DNA of 61,308 nt from Raillietiella orientalis. Lineage: Eukaryota. Below are positions 25,579 through 35,937 of this stretch, piece by piece. The stretch's first letter is position 1. Every line of letters begins with the position of its first letter. A program made the translations under genes and the position numbers. The notes under the pieces are model-generated. The model saw only the letters and a list, made by a program, of their open reading frames with translations, ran no database searches and had not been told where the DNA came from. The stretch lies in the NCBI GenBank assembly GCA_036172245.1, contig JAYWIR010000085.1:248001-309308 (forward strand), given 5' to 3'.

Positions 25579-26865
25579 TTCCTCTCTTCTTTGTAGTGAT
25601 CATTCTTTGAAGCCCCGGAATCCAAATTCACTCCTCAGGGAGGAACTAGGTGTGGTAAAAAGCAGCCCATGAGGAAGTCTCGTGGCAGCGGTAGCTGAGA
25701 CTTCTCCTGCTTGTTTTCCATGGCAGAGCAACCTTCTTGAACGCGCGCTTTGGATGGCCGTACTCAGGATGAACATCCCTGCAGAGCGCAGTCGCACGAG
25801 ACTATGGTAGGCTGAACCCCACGACGACCATGAGGCTCCAGACACCCGAAAACGCAATCTACTGGAAACCTGCCCTTCTTGACCCAAGTCAAAGACCCAC
25901 CTCCCTCAAGAATGGTCACTTCTGCTTTAAGAAAGATCAGACTGCATGCGCAAATCAACCAAGCTGGTCCAATACAAGACCACACTCTGATCTTCCGATG
26001 AACTTATGGATTGGTCTTCTCCCTGGACCAAGAAGGTCGACAATGATGACCACCGTTGATGACCTCAAATGCCTTTAACAGGCTCCCGGGTGCAGATTTC
26101 TCTATCCGTTCTTGAATCCAAGTGGAAGCTTTACTCGGTCATGGGAACGCGAGGATGAAGAGGTCCAGTTTGGGAGTTGTCCCCGCCAAGTGATGAGAAC
26201 TCCTGGACGTCACCGGTGGATACCCATAGAAATGGCCGGATTCTAGGCAGGTCCTCTCCCTTCTCTCAAGCAAATGACCTGGAATGAAATGCCGGCCAGC
26301 GAGGGCAACTCATGAGAGACGTCAGAAGAGGAAGATTTTGAGTCCAGAAAGCTTGCTGCTGAGATCGATGTTCGAAGAGTCCTTTTCTTCAGTAAAGGTC
26401 AGGTCTGCGCAGCCACGGAAAACGCGGTCACTCCCTCAACAATCCATGCTGCCGCTGGCCGCTTGCTGAATGTTCCCTGTCATCTTCCTCCCCTCCCATC
26501 GAAACCCAGAGAGTTCTGCCCCTTGCGTCTTCCGACAGCCACTCCCCCACTGTGTTAAAAGCGATCGAGTAGGGTGGCTGCCGGAAGACAACACTTCCAG
26601 CCTCCGGTCGCCCGCTTTGCTGAACGCTGCATACTGGAGCAAGGATACTCTCACAGAGCAGGGCATTCAGTTCCCGCGAAGGTCTCGAAAAGGGGAGCGA
26701 AAGCGCTCGCGAGCCTCTTCCATGATCCTAGGCCATCGAAATACCCCTGGTGAGAGCAAGGAAAAGGGAGAAGGAGGGGTTTTTTGCGTATCCCGGAAGA
26801 ACGAAATCCTCCGCCCTTTGATCCCTGTCACATGATCCGCCCTCCCTCACTCGTGATCTCTCCAG

Positions 26866-26967
26866 ACAGGTGCTGCCTGAAGAAGCTGTCCTTCCCGCTC
26901 TCCGACCGAATCTCCGACGAGCCTTCGGGGCTCTCCTTCCATTGGAACTCGGTGCCGCAGGCAGTCG
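26866..26967 (+). CDS. GARNL3: GARNL3-like exon (CNH domain)
   Basis: CTCCAG| ... |GTGCGT. (N)RCCLKKLSFPLSDRISDEPSGLSFHWNSVPQAV, with the CNH motif FxWNxxP. Confidence 0.88.
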
Positions 26968-27016
26968 GTGCGTGAGTCATCCTCCAAGCTGCCGAGGGTC
27001 TTCTCCGACCTTCCAG

Positions 27017-27135
27017 TGTGCGCCTTCCCTTATATCCTGGCCTTCACGACAGACTCCATAGAAATCCGCCTCCTGGTCAACGGGAACCTCATCCAGGAAT
27101 CTCAGCTTCCGGGACTGAAGTTCGTGACTTCCAAG
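27017..27135 (+). CDS. GARNL3: GARNL3-like exon (CNH domain end)
   Basis: TTCCAG| ... |GTTGGC after a 49-nt intron. (V)CAFPYILAFTTDSIEIRLLVNGNLIQESQLPGLKFVTSK, with the hallmark CNH motif PYILAFxxxSIEIR. Confidence 0.93.
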
Positions 27136-27690
27136 GTTGGCTCGTGAGTCCTCCGCGGGAGTTCCTGGCGCGTGCTCGGCTCTCTCCCCGCTTTTCCCCC
27201 CTTTCCCCTCAGCGTGTTTCTGGAAGACCCATGAGTCTGCCCTGCTCGGCCGGAGGGACCTTGCAGTTTGCGTCTTGCGGTTCTTCCTGAAGCACCGCGC
27301 TGCCTCCCCGGTTGCCTCTTTCTTTCTTGTCGGACTAAGCGGAGAGGTCAGGGTACGCTCCCGCGCTGCGCCGCTTCGCCTCCGAGTGGCTGGCCTCCGG
27401 CAGTAACGAAGATCCGCGTTTTCGACTCTCAGGAGCTCCGGGCAAATGCGCTCTGCCCCTCCTCGTCTTCTTCCTCATTTTCGGGATTCTGGTGCTGACT
27501 TTCCTTCGTTTGACCCGCTGGCCTGACAAGAATTATTCCCTGGGTGTTTGTCCTCCCTCGGCTTTTGATGCACACTCCTAATTTCAAGAGTCATTCGCCT
27601 CATGGAACCATCTTCTCAGGCGGTGGTCGATCACCCGCAGAGTCTTTTCCGCAAGTTGGCCGGCGCACCCATCCCATTCGCAACTATCTT

Positions 27691-28296
27691 TTTTCCTCAT
27701 GGAGCCACTGCATCTGTCATCTATCCGTTCAAAAAACATTTTCTTACCGTATCCCACGCACTTTTTATTTTTTTCTGAAATCAAAGTATGCCTTGTGATC
27801 CCTTTATCTGACGCGCGTGAGCACGCGGAGGGTTCGTACCCATTCACCCACCCATCCACCCAGCATGCCATCTGGTAGCTCATCTTGATTCCTCCAATGG
27901 GTTGCTTATGTAGCCCTTGGATACGGCAATCTGATGATTGCACACAAGGCCTTCAGAACCTTCCACGACCTCACCCTGCATGAGGTCGCGGAAACTCGCA
28001 TTGCCATCTAGCGTGACTTCTGCAAAGCATGAGACACTATTACTTCATTACCCACCGAGAGTGAATGCATCTCTAGGCAACTTGTGTATTCTCTTATGCT
28101 CAAATGCTATGTGTACAGGGAGCATCCAATGTAACACACTGCAGAATTCTTAACATGGTACTTTCCATCAAAGCTGACGGTTTTTTTTTTTCCTCGTGGA
28201 GCCACTGCACCGTCATTCCTCCCTTCAAAAAGCATTTTCCCACCGTATCCCAGCCACTTTTTAAATCTTTCTAAAATCAGAGACTGCCTTGTGATC
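27691..28296 (+). repeat. Diverged ~110-bp direct repeat pair (27691-27800 and 28188-28296)
   Basis: Both copies read TTCCTC(A/G)TGGAGCCACTGCA...TTCAAAAA.CATTTTC..ACCGTATCCCA...TGCCTTGTGATC. Confidence 0.85.
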
Positions 28297-29725
28297 AGAT
28301 GTCTTGGTTGAGAGCTAACGAGATGGGAGGATTTAAGTAAACAGGTCTTAACTTTATATTGGATGTCTCTGAGTATTTTGTTGACTTCTAAAAAGAAATG
28401 GTTTCTCTCTGAACACTGCGGCTGAGTGAGTAATTGCCCTGAAAGAAGATGCTCCGTTTTCCGCCTATTTATCCGGTACTTGAAGTATCTTTATTTCTCC
28501 TGCTATTTCATCTTTATTCTTTATCTTTATTTTGTATCGGTGGCTGCGGTCGATCCCGGAAAAGGGATCGAAGCATCTTTCCTCACAAACTGCACCGTGT
28601 CACCACCATGGTGAAAATTTTCATCCGCTGGGCTTTGAGTAAAATTTCATGATGAAAAGGGGGTAATCCACACGAAACAAGAGTCTTTTTCAAAGAAGTC
28701 ACCATTGCCACTGCCTTATTCCGACTGGCTCTCAAAAGATACCTCTGTGAAACCATTCGAATGAAATTTTGCCTTTTGCTCCGGTTGCTTTGATACCTAT
28801 TTCGCCGCAAATTCAACCACCCATTTCTGTAAGCATGCGATTCCCACACACTCAGAGAGATTTTGAGCAGCGCTCGACACCTGAGCTCTAAGATCTCATT
28901 AGTTACTACAGACTTTACGACTTTCTACAGGCCGTATTCAACCATATTCCAGCTGTTTCTCGTTCTCCACTATTCTTCGTATCGGATTTCGCTTTTCGTG
29001 TCCATTCGTATGTAGTCTATTTCCAGGTTTACTTCTTCCCTCCTAAAACGCCTCTACATTTCACCATCTCATATTGAACTCCAATGGTTTGAGATTATCC
29101 GTTGCCTGAGATATTTAGGAAGCAATAAAAAAAAAAAGTCTAGTATCTAAAGTTTAACAGGTATCATAGAAATTTTGGGGGAATAGTGGATAGGTTTCCC
29201 AATGTAGATTGATTCCTTGCTATTCGTTCATTCATTTCCTTTTGTTTTTTGGAGATCTTCGCCCATTCATCTTTCATAACAGTTCTCATAACTCTTTTCA
29301 AGACCGACGAAGAATCTCTCGAACTGCGGTCGTCTTCAAGATTGACGAGAGGGCTTCTGAGAGACATTTCAGAACTCACTCTTCAGAAAAATGACTGACC
29401 CATGTCTAAACAATTAGTAGGTACTGGGTCGCTCTCGTAATGGTTTACGTTACGATGGAACGGCTTTCTGCTGAGAATTGTGGATACTCTATGAGTGCTT
29501 TCGACACTTTGTTGCATTCCATCAGTAGCACTCCCATCAGTAGATCGCTCTTCTCCCTCCTTGATTTTGTGCCGCAAAGTCGATTATCAAGCAAAGGATA
29601 GAAAATCCTTCCTTGTTAAGGCTACATCAGCTGTACCCTTCGGAAACCTGCAAACTTCAGGATTTCGTTTCCTTGCATGTGTGTGCCGTTGTGAACTTAA
29701 AGTTCATTTTCCTCTAAAATTCCAG

Positions 29726-29849
29726 GCCGACATCTACTACGCCACTACTTCTCCTGAGCTAATGCAAGGGAAATTCGATACCTTTTTTATCAATACTGAG
29801 AAAGTCTCCGAGCCAATGGGAAACTCGCCGCCTCTTTCACCTCTATTCA
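29726..29849 (+). CDS. GARNL3: GARNL3-like penultimate coding exon
   Basis: TTCCAG| ... |GTGAGC. ADIYYATTSPELMQGKFDTFFINTEKVSEPMGNSPPLSPLF; phase 0 in, 1 out. Confidence 0.85.
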
Positions 29850-29900
29850 GTGAGCGTAGCGGGACATTCTAATTGTGATCTGTTCAATTTTCTTTCTTAG

Positions 29901-30103
29901 CTTCCGATGGCAAACCTATCCGTCTGTTCAGGATTTGCTTTGGGCATCTGACTGGAGACCTAGAAAGAGGCAGTACCAGCTGCAAAACCAAAGAAGCTCA
30001 GGATACTTGCACTTTCAATAGCAAAACTCCAGTGCCTCCTGTTAGACAGAGACGCAATAAGCAGAGTTCCATATCAAGTCAAGGAGAAATTGATCAGTCA
30101 TAA
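29901..30103 (+). CDS. GARNL3: GARNL3-like last coding exon
   Basis: TTTCTTAG| after a 51-nt intron. (T)SDGKPIRLFRICFGHLTGDLERGSTSCKTKEAQDTCTFNSKTPVPPVRQRRNKQSSISSQGEIDQS then TAA; the frame is open and matches the incoming phase. Confidence 0.8.
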
Positions 30104-30350
30104 ATCCTCTAGGAACTGCACTAAGGAGCACCAAATGGTTTACGAAATCATCATTTGTTCAGAAGGGCCGATGCAAATGACACTCCACAGAAATTCACTA
30201 ATGCGAACAGAGATGGAGTAACCGTGCTTAAGATTTGTGGTCAAAACGGCACTCCCACTTGCTGGAATTCCAAAACTTTGAAAACATACAATGAACAATG
30301 AATTTTGTTCTGTCAGTTTATTCGAACTTTTTTTTTTTCATTTAAGGTTC

Positions 30351-30360
30351 AATAAATAAA
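30351..30360 (+). terminator. Candidate polyadenylation signal of the GARNL3-like gene
   Basis: Overlapping AATAAATAAA about 250 nt after the stop codon, preceded by a T-run. Confidence 0.6.
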
Positions 30361-31369
30361 GTGCGAAAGTTACATTTGCTAACATTTCCATGTGGACATT
30401 CTAAGAGATTCAAGATCAAGCGGTATAATGAAAAGTACAAAACAACTACAGTGGATGCTTAGAAGGGCACTTGCATCATTCCTTCAAAACTGGATTTAGT
30501 TGACCTATTCTGTTCTGTCTTTTATAAGCACTATCCATTTTTCTGATGCAATGCACTGTCTCATTTCTTTTCGTTTTGCAATATCTTACGCCTCTGTCTT
30601 TCACCGCTACGCATCGGGTTTCAACGGCTTGAGAATCTGAGGTCACCCGTCTTCTGGGAAATGTGGAAAGCAACGCAAGAATCTAGTAAGTGGTGGCAGG
30701 TGTGGATGAAATCGCTTGGAAGGTCAGATTTTGATCTCACTGCATAATGACTCTTGCTTTAACTGTCAACCATGCCACTTCATAGTTGCCTTTAGCCTCT
30801 GAGATTCAGCTGACACATTCCTCTGCGTATCTTGCTCTGCCTGGTATGGTTTCATGTTGCTGCCAGAAATGCTTCTTGGCATCCAAAGTGCTTGCGAAAC
30901 TTCTTCCTCAATCCTTACGCGCGCCTCGATCTTCAACGTTGAAAGGCACCACCATTTTTGTAGCTTCCGGGCGAACACTTGTACCAAGTTTTTTTCCCTA
31001 CCAAACTCAGAATGCCATTCCTGATGCTTCGCTCTTGAGTCAGATCTTTCTTTGTAAATGCCTTTATTTACTGAAAAGCTCACAGATCTTTCATGAACCT
31101 TGAAGTACGGAGGTGCTGTGAGCCGATGATTCGAACGGAAAAAATGGAGCGGAATCTCCAGAAAGCTCTTTCGCAGCTCTGGGGTCAGACGCCGACTTTT
31201 TCAGCTTGCCGATTTGGGTTGTGCGAAACGGATCTGCGAACAGTAGGTGGAAACTCATCAGACCCTGGAAAGAACCAAAGGAGGGGCCATTCATTAAGAC
31301 TGTTAACAGAATAGCAAGAACCGTGGTCATCAAAAAAACTGCACTTCTTTCAAAAACAGTCATGACGCT

Positions 31370-31610
31370 ATCCTGCAGAATGATGGGAGCGTGGCTTCCT
31401 GTTCACCAGGGAAACGCGGCTATCGGTCCATCCACTTTCTAAGCAGAAGCTGAGTTGGGAAGGTGCTTTCGTTAAGCGCACCACTGTCGCTGCTGAAACG
31501 GAGCAAGCATACAAGGACCAACGAGGACCTCAAAAGCTCTGGAGTCGGGAATCCTCGAAGCATATGAGGCGATTAGGCCAAGGTTGCCAAGGAGAGCAGA
31601 TTCTATGCAA
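31370..31610 (+). mobile_element. Possible decayed LINE RNase H remnant
   Basis: NDGSVA, AEAELG and VAKES remnants occur in RNase H order, but in different frames. Confidence 0.25.
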
Positions 31611-32099
31611 ACAAGCAGAATTTCTTCATCCGTCCATCTTCCACTGTTTCACCAGATGGCTGACAGGCATGCTTAGCGATTCAGAGTTCTTTCCTATAGG
31701 TTTCCCGACGCGGCTACTTCCTGATAATGGGAACATTTAGACAGAGAAGAATCAATCCCTTGAAAAATTTCTCGCAATCTGCTTTGAAAGCGATCACGGA
31801 AGGAGAAAATCATACCAGACCGGAGCTCAAGAAGGTGTCGAGAGTCATCCTCAAAACGAAGGGAGTCCTGAGAAACCAATGAAAACTCTCTCCGAAGTCC
31901 ATTGAAAGTATGGACTGCTTCTCACGAAGACTTTCTGTTAGAATTTCAAGACGCCAGGATACAAAACTAATCACTTTTCATTAGAAATTCATACATTAGA
32001 ATAATTAACAGCCTGCCTTTTCAGTACCTTCCTGCCTATGCAGTCAGTACGTCGATGATTTTCACCCGGTTATGCCGTGGCATTTATTACGTTAGAAAT

Positions 32100-32866
32100 T
32101 TAAATACATTTTTGTGGTAGAACGGTTGGTTCTACCACGCGCAGTGAACCTGCCGAGGACCGTACGCTGACCGGCGAGGTCCGCTTCGGCAGCGTGGGGG
32201 AAGGGAATACAAAACACAAACAAATAAACAAACAAAACAGGGGAGGGGAATTTATAAACGGGGGGGGGGGGAATCGAGGGAGGTATCACGGTTTGCTACC
32301 AATCCTCTCCGGCAGCCTGTTCAGGATGCTGTCAAGTTCCGCCCGGATAACCCCCAGGTGGAGGCATCTCGAGGTGGTCCTCAGGAAGATCCGCGCCCAG
32401 TGGATGGAGTCCCTGCCATTTCGACCTCTTCTCCTGGCGTTCCGAGCCGCCATGATTCCGCGAACACAGCAGAGAACTGCTAGGGACGCGGGTCGCGGCA
32501 GTGCGGCACGCACCTTCAAAATGTCCCTGGGGCCTCCCGCCGGGATTCCTAGGGTCGGCGAGAGGAGATCCCAAAGGGGTCGGAGGGCAGAACAGTCCAA
32601 CAGCAGGTACGGAAGGGTCCCCTTCCTGCACCTGTTACACTGAGAGCCCACTCTCCCCCCCGTGTCCAGTGGTGAAGGCGCGTTTTTCACACGATGGCCC
32701 CATGCAACACCAGCAATGCCCACCAGATCCTGATGTCTGAGGGGGGGGAGCTACTGCTCCAGCATACTGAGTCCACTTTACCTCCTCCGGAAGGATGCCG
32801 AGCAGCTCTCCCCAGACCACTTTGTGATGATGGAACTTTCTTTGGGGTTCTGTTTTTGCTGCTTTC
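32100..32866 (-). mobile_element. Tx1/L1-like LINE 3' fragment, copy A
   Basis: VWGELLGI...ALLVLHGAI...CNRCRKGTLPYLLLDCSALRPLWDLL is a zf-RVT-like C-terminal zinc finger. It is followed by a GT-rich 3' UTR and a hairpin motif shared with copies B and C. Confidence 0.75.
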
Positions 32867-33500
32867 CTTCCAGCTTTTCTTTTTTTGATTTTTTGGGCAA
32901 ATGGGGGGGCTCGCAAAGTACTCAAGAACCGTTCGTCTCCATAGGGGGTGGGGACTTTTAGCACCATCCACTTCTGAGAGTGCATGTAACTCTTCAAGTG
33001 ATAGGGGTACCCCATCACTTGAAGAGTCGCCTCCTGGGAACCGCTCCTTCTTTCCTCCTCTGAAGAGAGCCCCGAAGGGACATCTCCAGATCTCTCTGAA
33101 GGGCCGCTTCCCGAAGGGAGCAGCTCGCTTCTCAACACTGGATAGGCAACCTCCCGAGGGAGGTATCAGCCAGCTCTATGGTACGCGAAGGATCCTTCCC
33201 CGAGGTGAGGACGACTCCATTTCCACAACCAGGGGGAACGGCTCGTTATCTTGGAGGGACCCCGGAGAGTCAACTTCCAAATTCCCAGCTTCCGAGTTTG
33301 AAGTCAGCGGGGGCATCCTGTTTCCGGCCTCCATCAGTGTCGCACCCAAAGTCTATAGGCCAACCATCGTCATCTTGCTGGGGGGCTCGAAATCCGCGGA
33401 GCACTTATTTTCTCGGCACCGACCCACCACATGGGAATTCGAACCCGCAACGCTTGGCACTACGCGCAGAGACCGCAGCCACGCGGCTGCCAACGCGGGC
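32867..33500 (-). mobile_element. Long tRNA-headed SINE-like element, copy 2
   Basis: Head GCCCGCGTTGGCAGCCGCGTGG (A-box-like) ... GGGTTCGAATTCCC (B box, 33433-33446). The body is colinear with 24747-25578; A-rich end at 32875-32886. Confidence 0.7.
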
Positions 33501-33589
33501 TGTAAATCACGGTCGTCTGTCCTTGGTCTATCCGTATCATCTTGCATTGCGTATTCCTTAAAGTCTTCTGCGTCAACCGGTGGATGTCC

Positions 33590-34350
33590 AAGATTATCGA
33601 TCCAATAAACATCGCGGCTGTACCGAATAGATGAACCAACCATAAGCTGTATTCCTTCTTGGGGATGCAGCCCAGGGACCTCCACGTCACTAAGGACTTC
33701 GTCATTGCTCCAACATCCAACTGAACCACTATAAAGGCATGGACCTTGGCCGGTAATCCTTTTCGATTCATCTGCTGGGCAGCACCTCGATAACTGGATT
33801 CCTTTCTTAGTCTGATAGCGCTGAAAGCTGCCTTGCCGTCTTCGGAGGAGGGACAGGTGACTTTTGAAATTTCCAGAAGACTGGCCTTCTGGATCACCAG
33901 GTGAGTGGGAATCTTTTTCGGGAACACGCTGGTTCGCTGAGATCATCTTCTATGCTGCAGTGATAATAACGTCCTGACAAGTCTTTCTACCACGTCGGCG
34001 GGTCTGGCAGTGTACTGGGTAGAGTGCCTCATGCGGTGGTTTGACATGTGAGGCAGAGTCTCGTTCCTCAGTCCCCAACCCCGGCACGAGCAATCCACGA
34101 GTGGTCTTCCGGCCGCTCCACCTGTAGGAAACAAGCCGAGCCTTGCCACATGGATGGAACGGCATTCTGCAAATAGAGGGTGATCTTCGGAGACGACGAA
34201 GAAACTCTCCAGCTTCTATGGAACCCAATGTAGCCCCTGACCTTCTCTCCTTGACCAGGGTGGTCTCTGAACACTCTTCCCTTGAGCGTTTTCTCCGGGC
34301 AGCCTGCAATGTGGCAGCATACTGCCCCCATGAGATGGCCTTCAGCATGA
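33590..34350 (-). mobile_element. NeSL/Utopia-like RLE non-LTR retrotransposon, 5'-truncated and decayed
   Basis: ARLGLFPTGG...CSCRGWGLRNETLPHMSNH...ARPADVVERLV (CCHC and RH region), HLVIQK...VTCP.SEDGKAAFSAIRLRKESSY, VHAFI..GSVGCWSNDEVL and LMV.SSIRYSRDVY. The motif order matches the recalled Utopia/NeSL C-terminus. Confidence 0.75.
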
Positions 34351-35937
34351 CTTAGCGGATGTGCACCTCGGGATCACCATCGACAAACTCCTATGCCGCT
34401 GCTGTACGGAAGGAAGCCTGTTACCACACCACCCACATTTTCCTTTTGCCACCACTGTCTCGTGAAAATTTTCCGCTGAATTCACCAGACAGATAACGCG
34501 GAGGAGGCATCGAGTCATCGTACGGATCCGCGTTATACGAGCCCTGTGGGCTCCAGATGGATAATACGGTACTTGCAAGTGACCTCATTACAGAATAAAG
34601 TGTGTTGTTTGATCTTTGAAGCCAGAAAGAAGTTTTAAAGTTTTGTGAACATTCACTCAGCCGACGCCAACCCGCAGTTTCGCTTCATTGTGAAAGCCTT
34701 CTTGCTCTGCTGGTCCAGGGTCTTTCCCCAGTCCGACTCGCGGTGGGGTGTGAATTCATTACAGACATACACAAGAAAACACATTATCGCTTTTGCAATC
34801 GTTGGGTCGTTTGCAGGTCACTGTGGCCCACGTGGGCAGAACACTCACCACCTACAAAGTTTAGCATTCTTAGGCAGCGCAGGAGAGTCCAGGATGGTGC
34901 TCTTCCTCACGCACAAACGTCGACTTCCCTTTTCAGTTCTGTCAAGATGTCCCGGTCGTTGCTCGGATGGCGTCTTGCCAGCGTTTTTCTTCTGATGAGG
35001 ACGCTCCTTAGGAAGAAGACGACGATCACCCGCTCGGTGGAGTTGCAGCAGGGCACACCGTCTTCGCCTTTAAAGAGCCCTCGCAGGATCTCGAGATCCC
35101 TCATTCCTCTCGCCTCACCTCACCACACTTTCTTTAATCTCAGACGAGGATTTGGCGGGTGTAGACGTGGAGCTTGTCTTTGATCGAGGACACCGGTCGT
35201 CTTAGGGGTTCCCGATGCAGTATTGGCGCTTCGTGCTGCACAGGATGCCTCCGTGGTAAAACATCAGGAGGCAATCCTGACGAACTCGTGTTCTATTTTA
35301 GAATGTTGGACTTTTTTGTGTGCTCGTGGGTGGCTCGGGAAGGCCTTTAGAAAATTTCCAATAAAATGAAGAGAACCACCAGGTGCTGCTCAGTGCTGCA
35401 TCGAACCTACAGAAGCTGAAACGAAAATGCATTTAACCTGGCGAAAGCGAGACTGAAGCCTCATACCTCCGATCACAGAGAGGTTCGTGACCGGATGACC
35501 ACGTCGAATTCGGATGGGTCTAGTCCACATTCGCAGCCAAGTGTTGGGAGTTCAAATACCCAAGAAGGATCGACGCCGAGTTGGATGCTGGTTTCCATTC
35601 CCAAGTAGACCTCTGCTGTCTTTTTACACGGAGACTATCCGAAAGCCGGGATGAGACCAGAAAACCTGCTTCGGGTGTACTTATCGTGGGTTTCGAGTCT
35701 TCCCGCAAGATGACTCTGGTATGGCTCCGGCTTCGGCTGTGCCGGTATGCGTGCACCTCTCGCGTTCACGGACGGATGTCCCGTTGATTGGCCCGAAATT
35801 GGAAGTCGTCCCTTCGAAGGAAGCAGGACCCTTCAGGGGAAGGGTCCTCCTTCACCGCTTCAGGAACACCCTGGACGTGTAACATTGCAAAAGCCTCCGA
35901 TACCCTTATGGGGCTTAACGCTCGGTTTCGACGGGGA

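Noticed and set aside
29355..29392. Minus-strand CTGAAGA...GAAATGTC hammerhead-like string
   Set aside because: Stems I and II cannot form, and stem III is too short.
33430..33500. tRNA gene on the minus strand
   Set aside because: A/B-box-like motifs are present, but I cannot form a cloverleaf. The sequence continues into a body shared with 24747-25578, so it is better read as a SINE head.
34400..35150. Possible RT remnant on the minus strand (SG.PQGS, YDD, DWGKTLD)
   Set aside because: Motif spacing does not fit an RT, and the PQGS-like stretch overlaps a CGCGTTATACG repeat motif. Too ambiguous to call.
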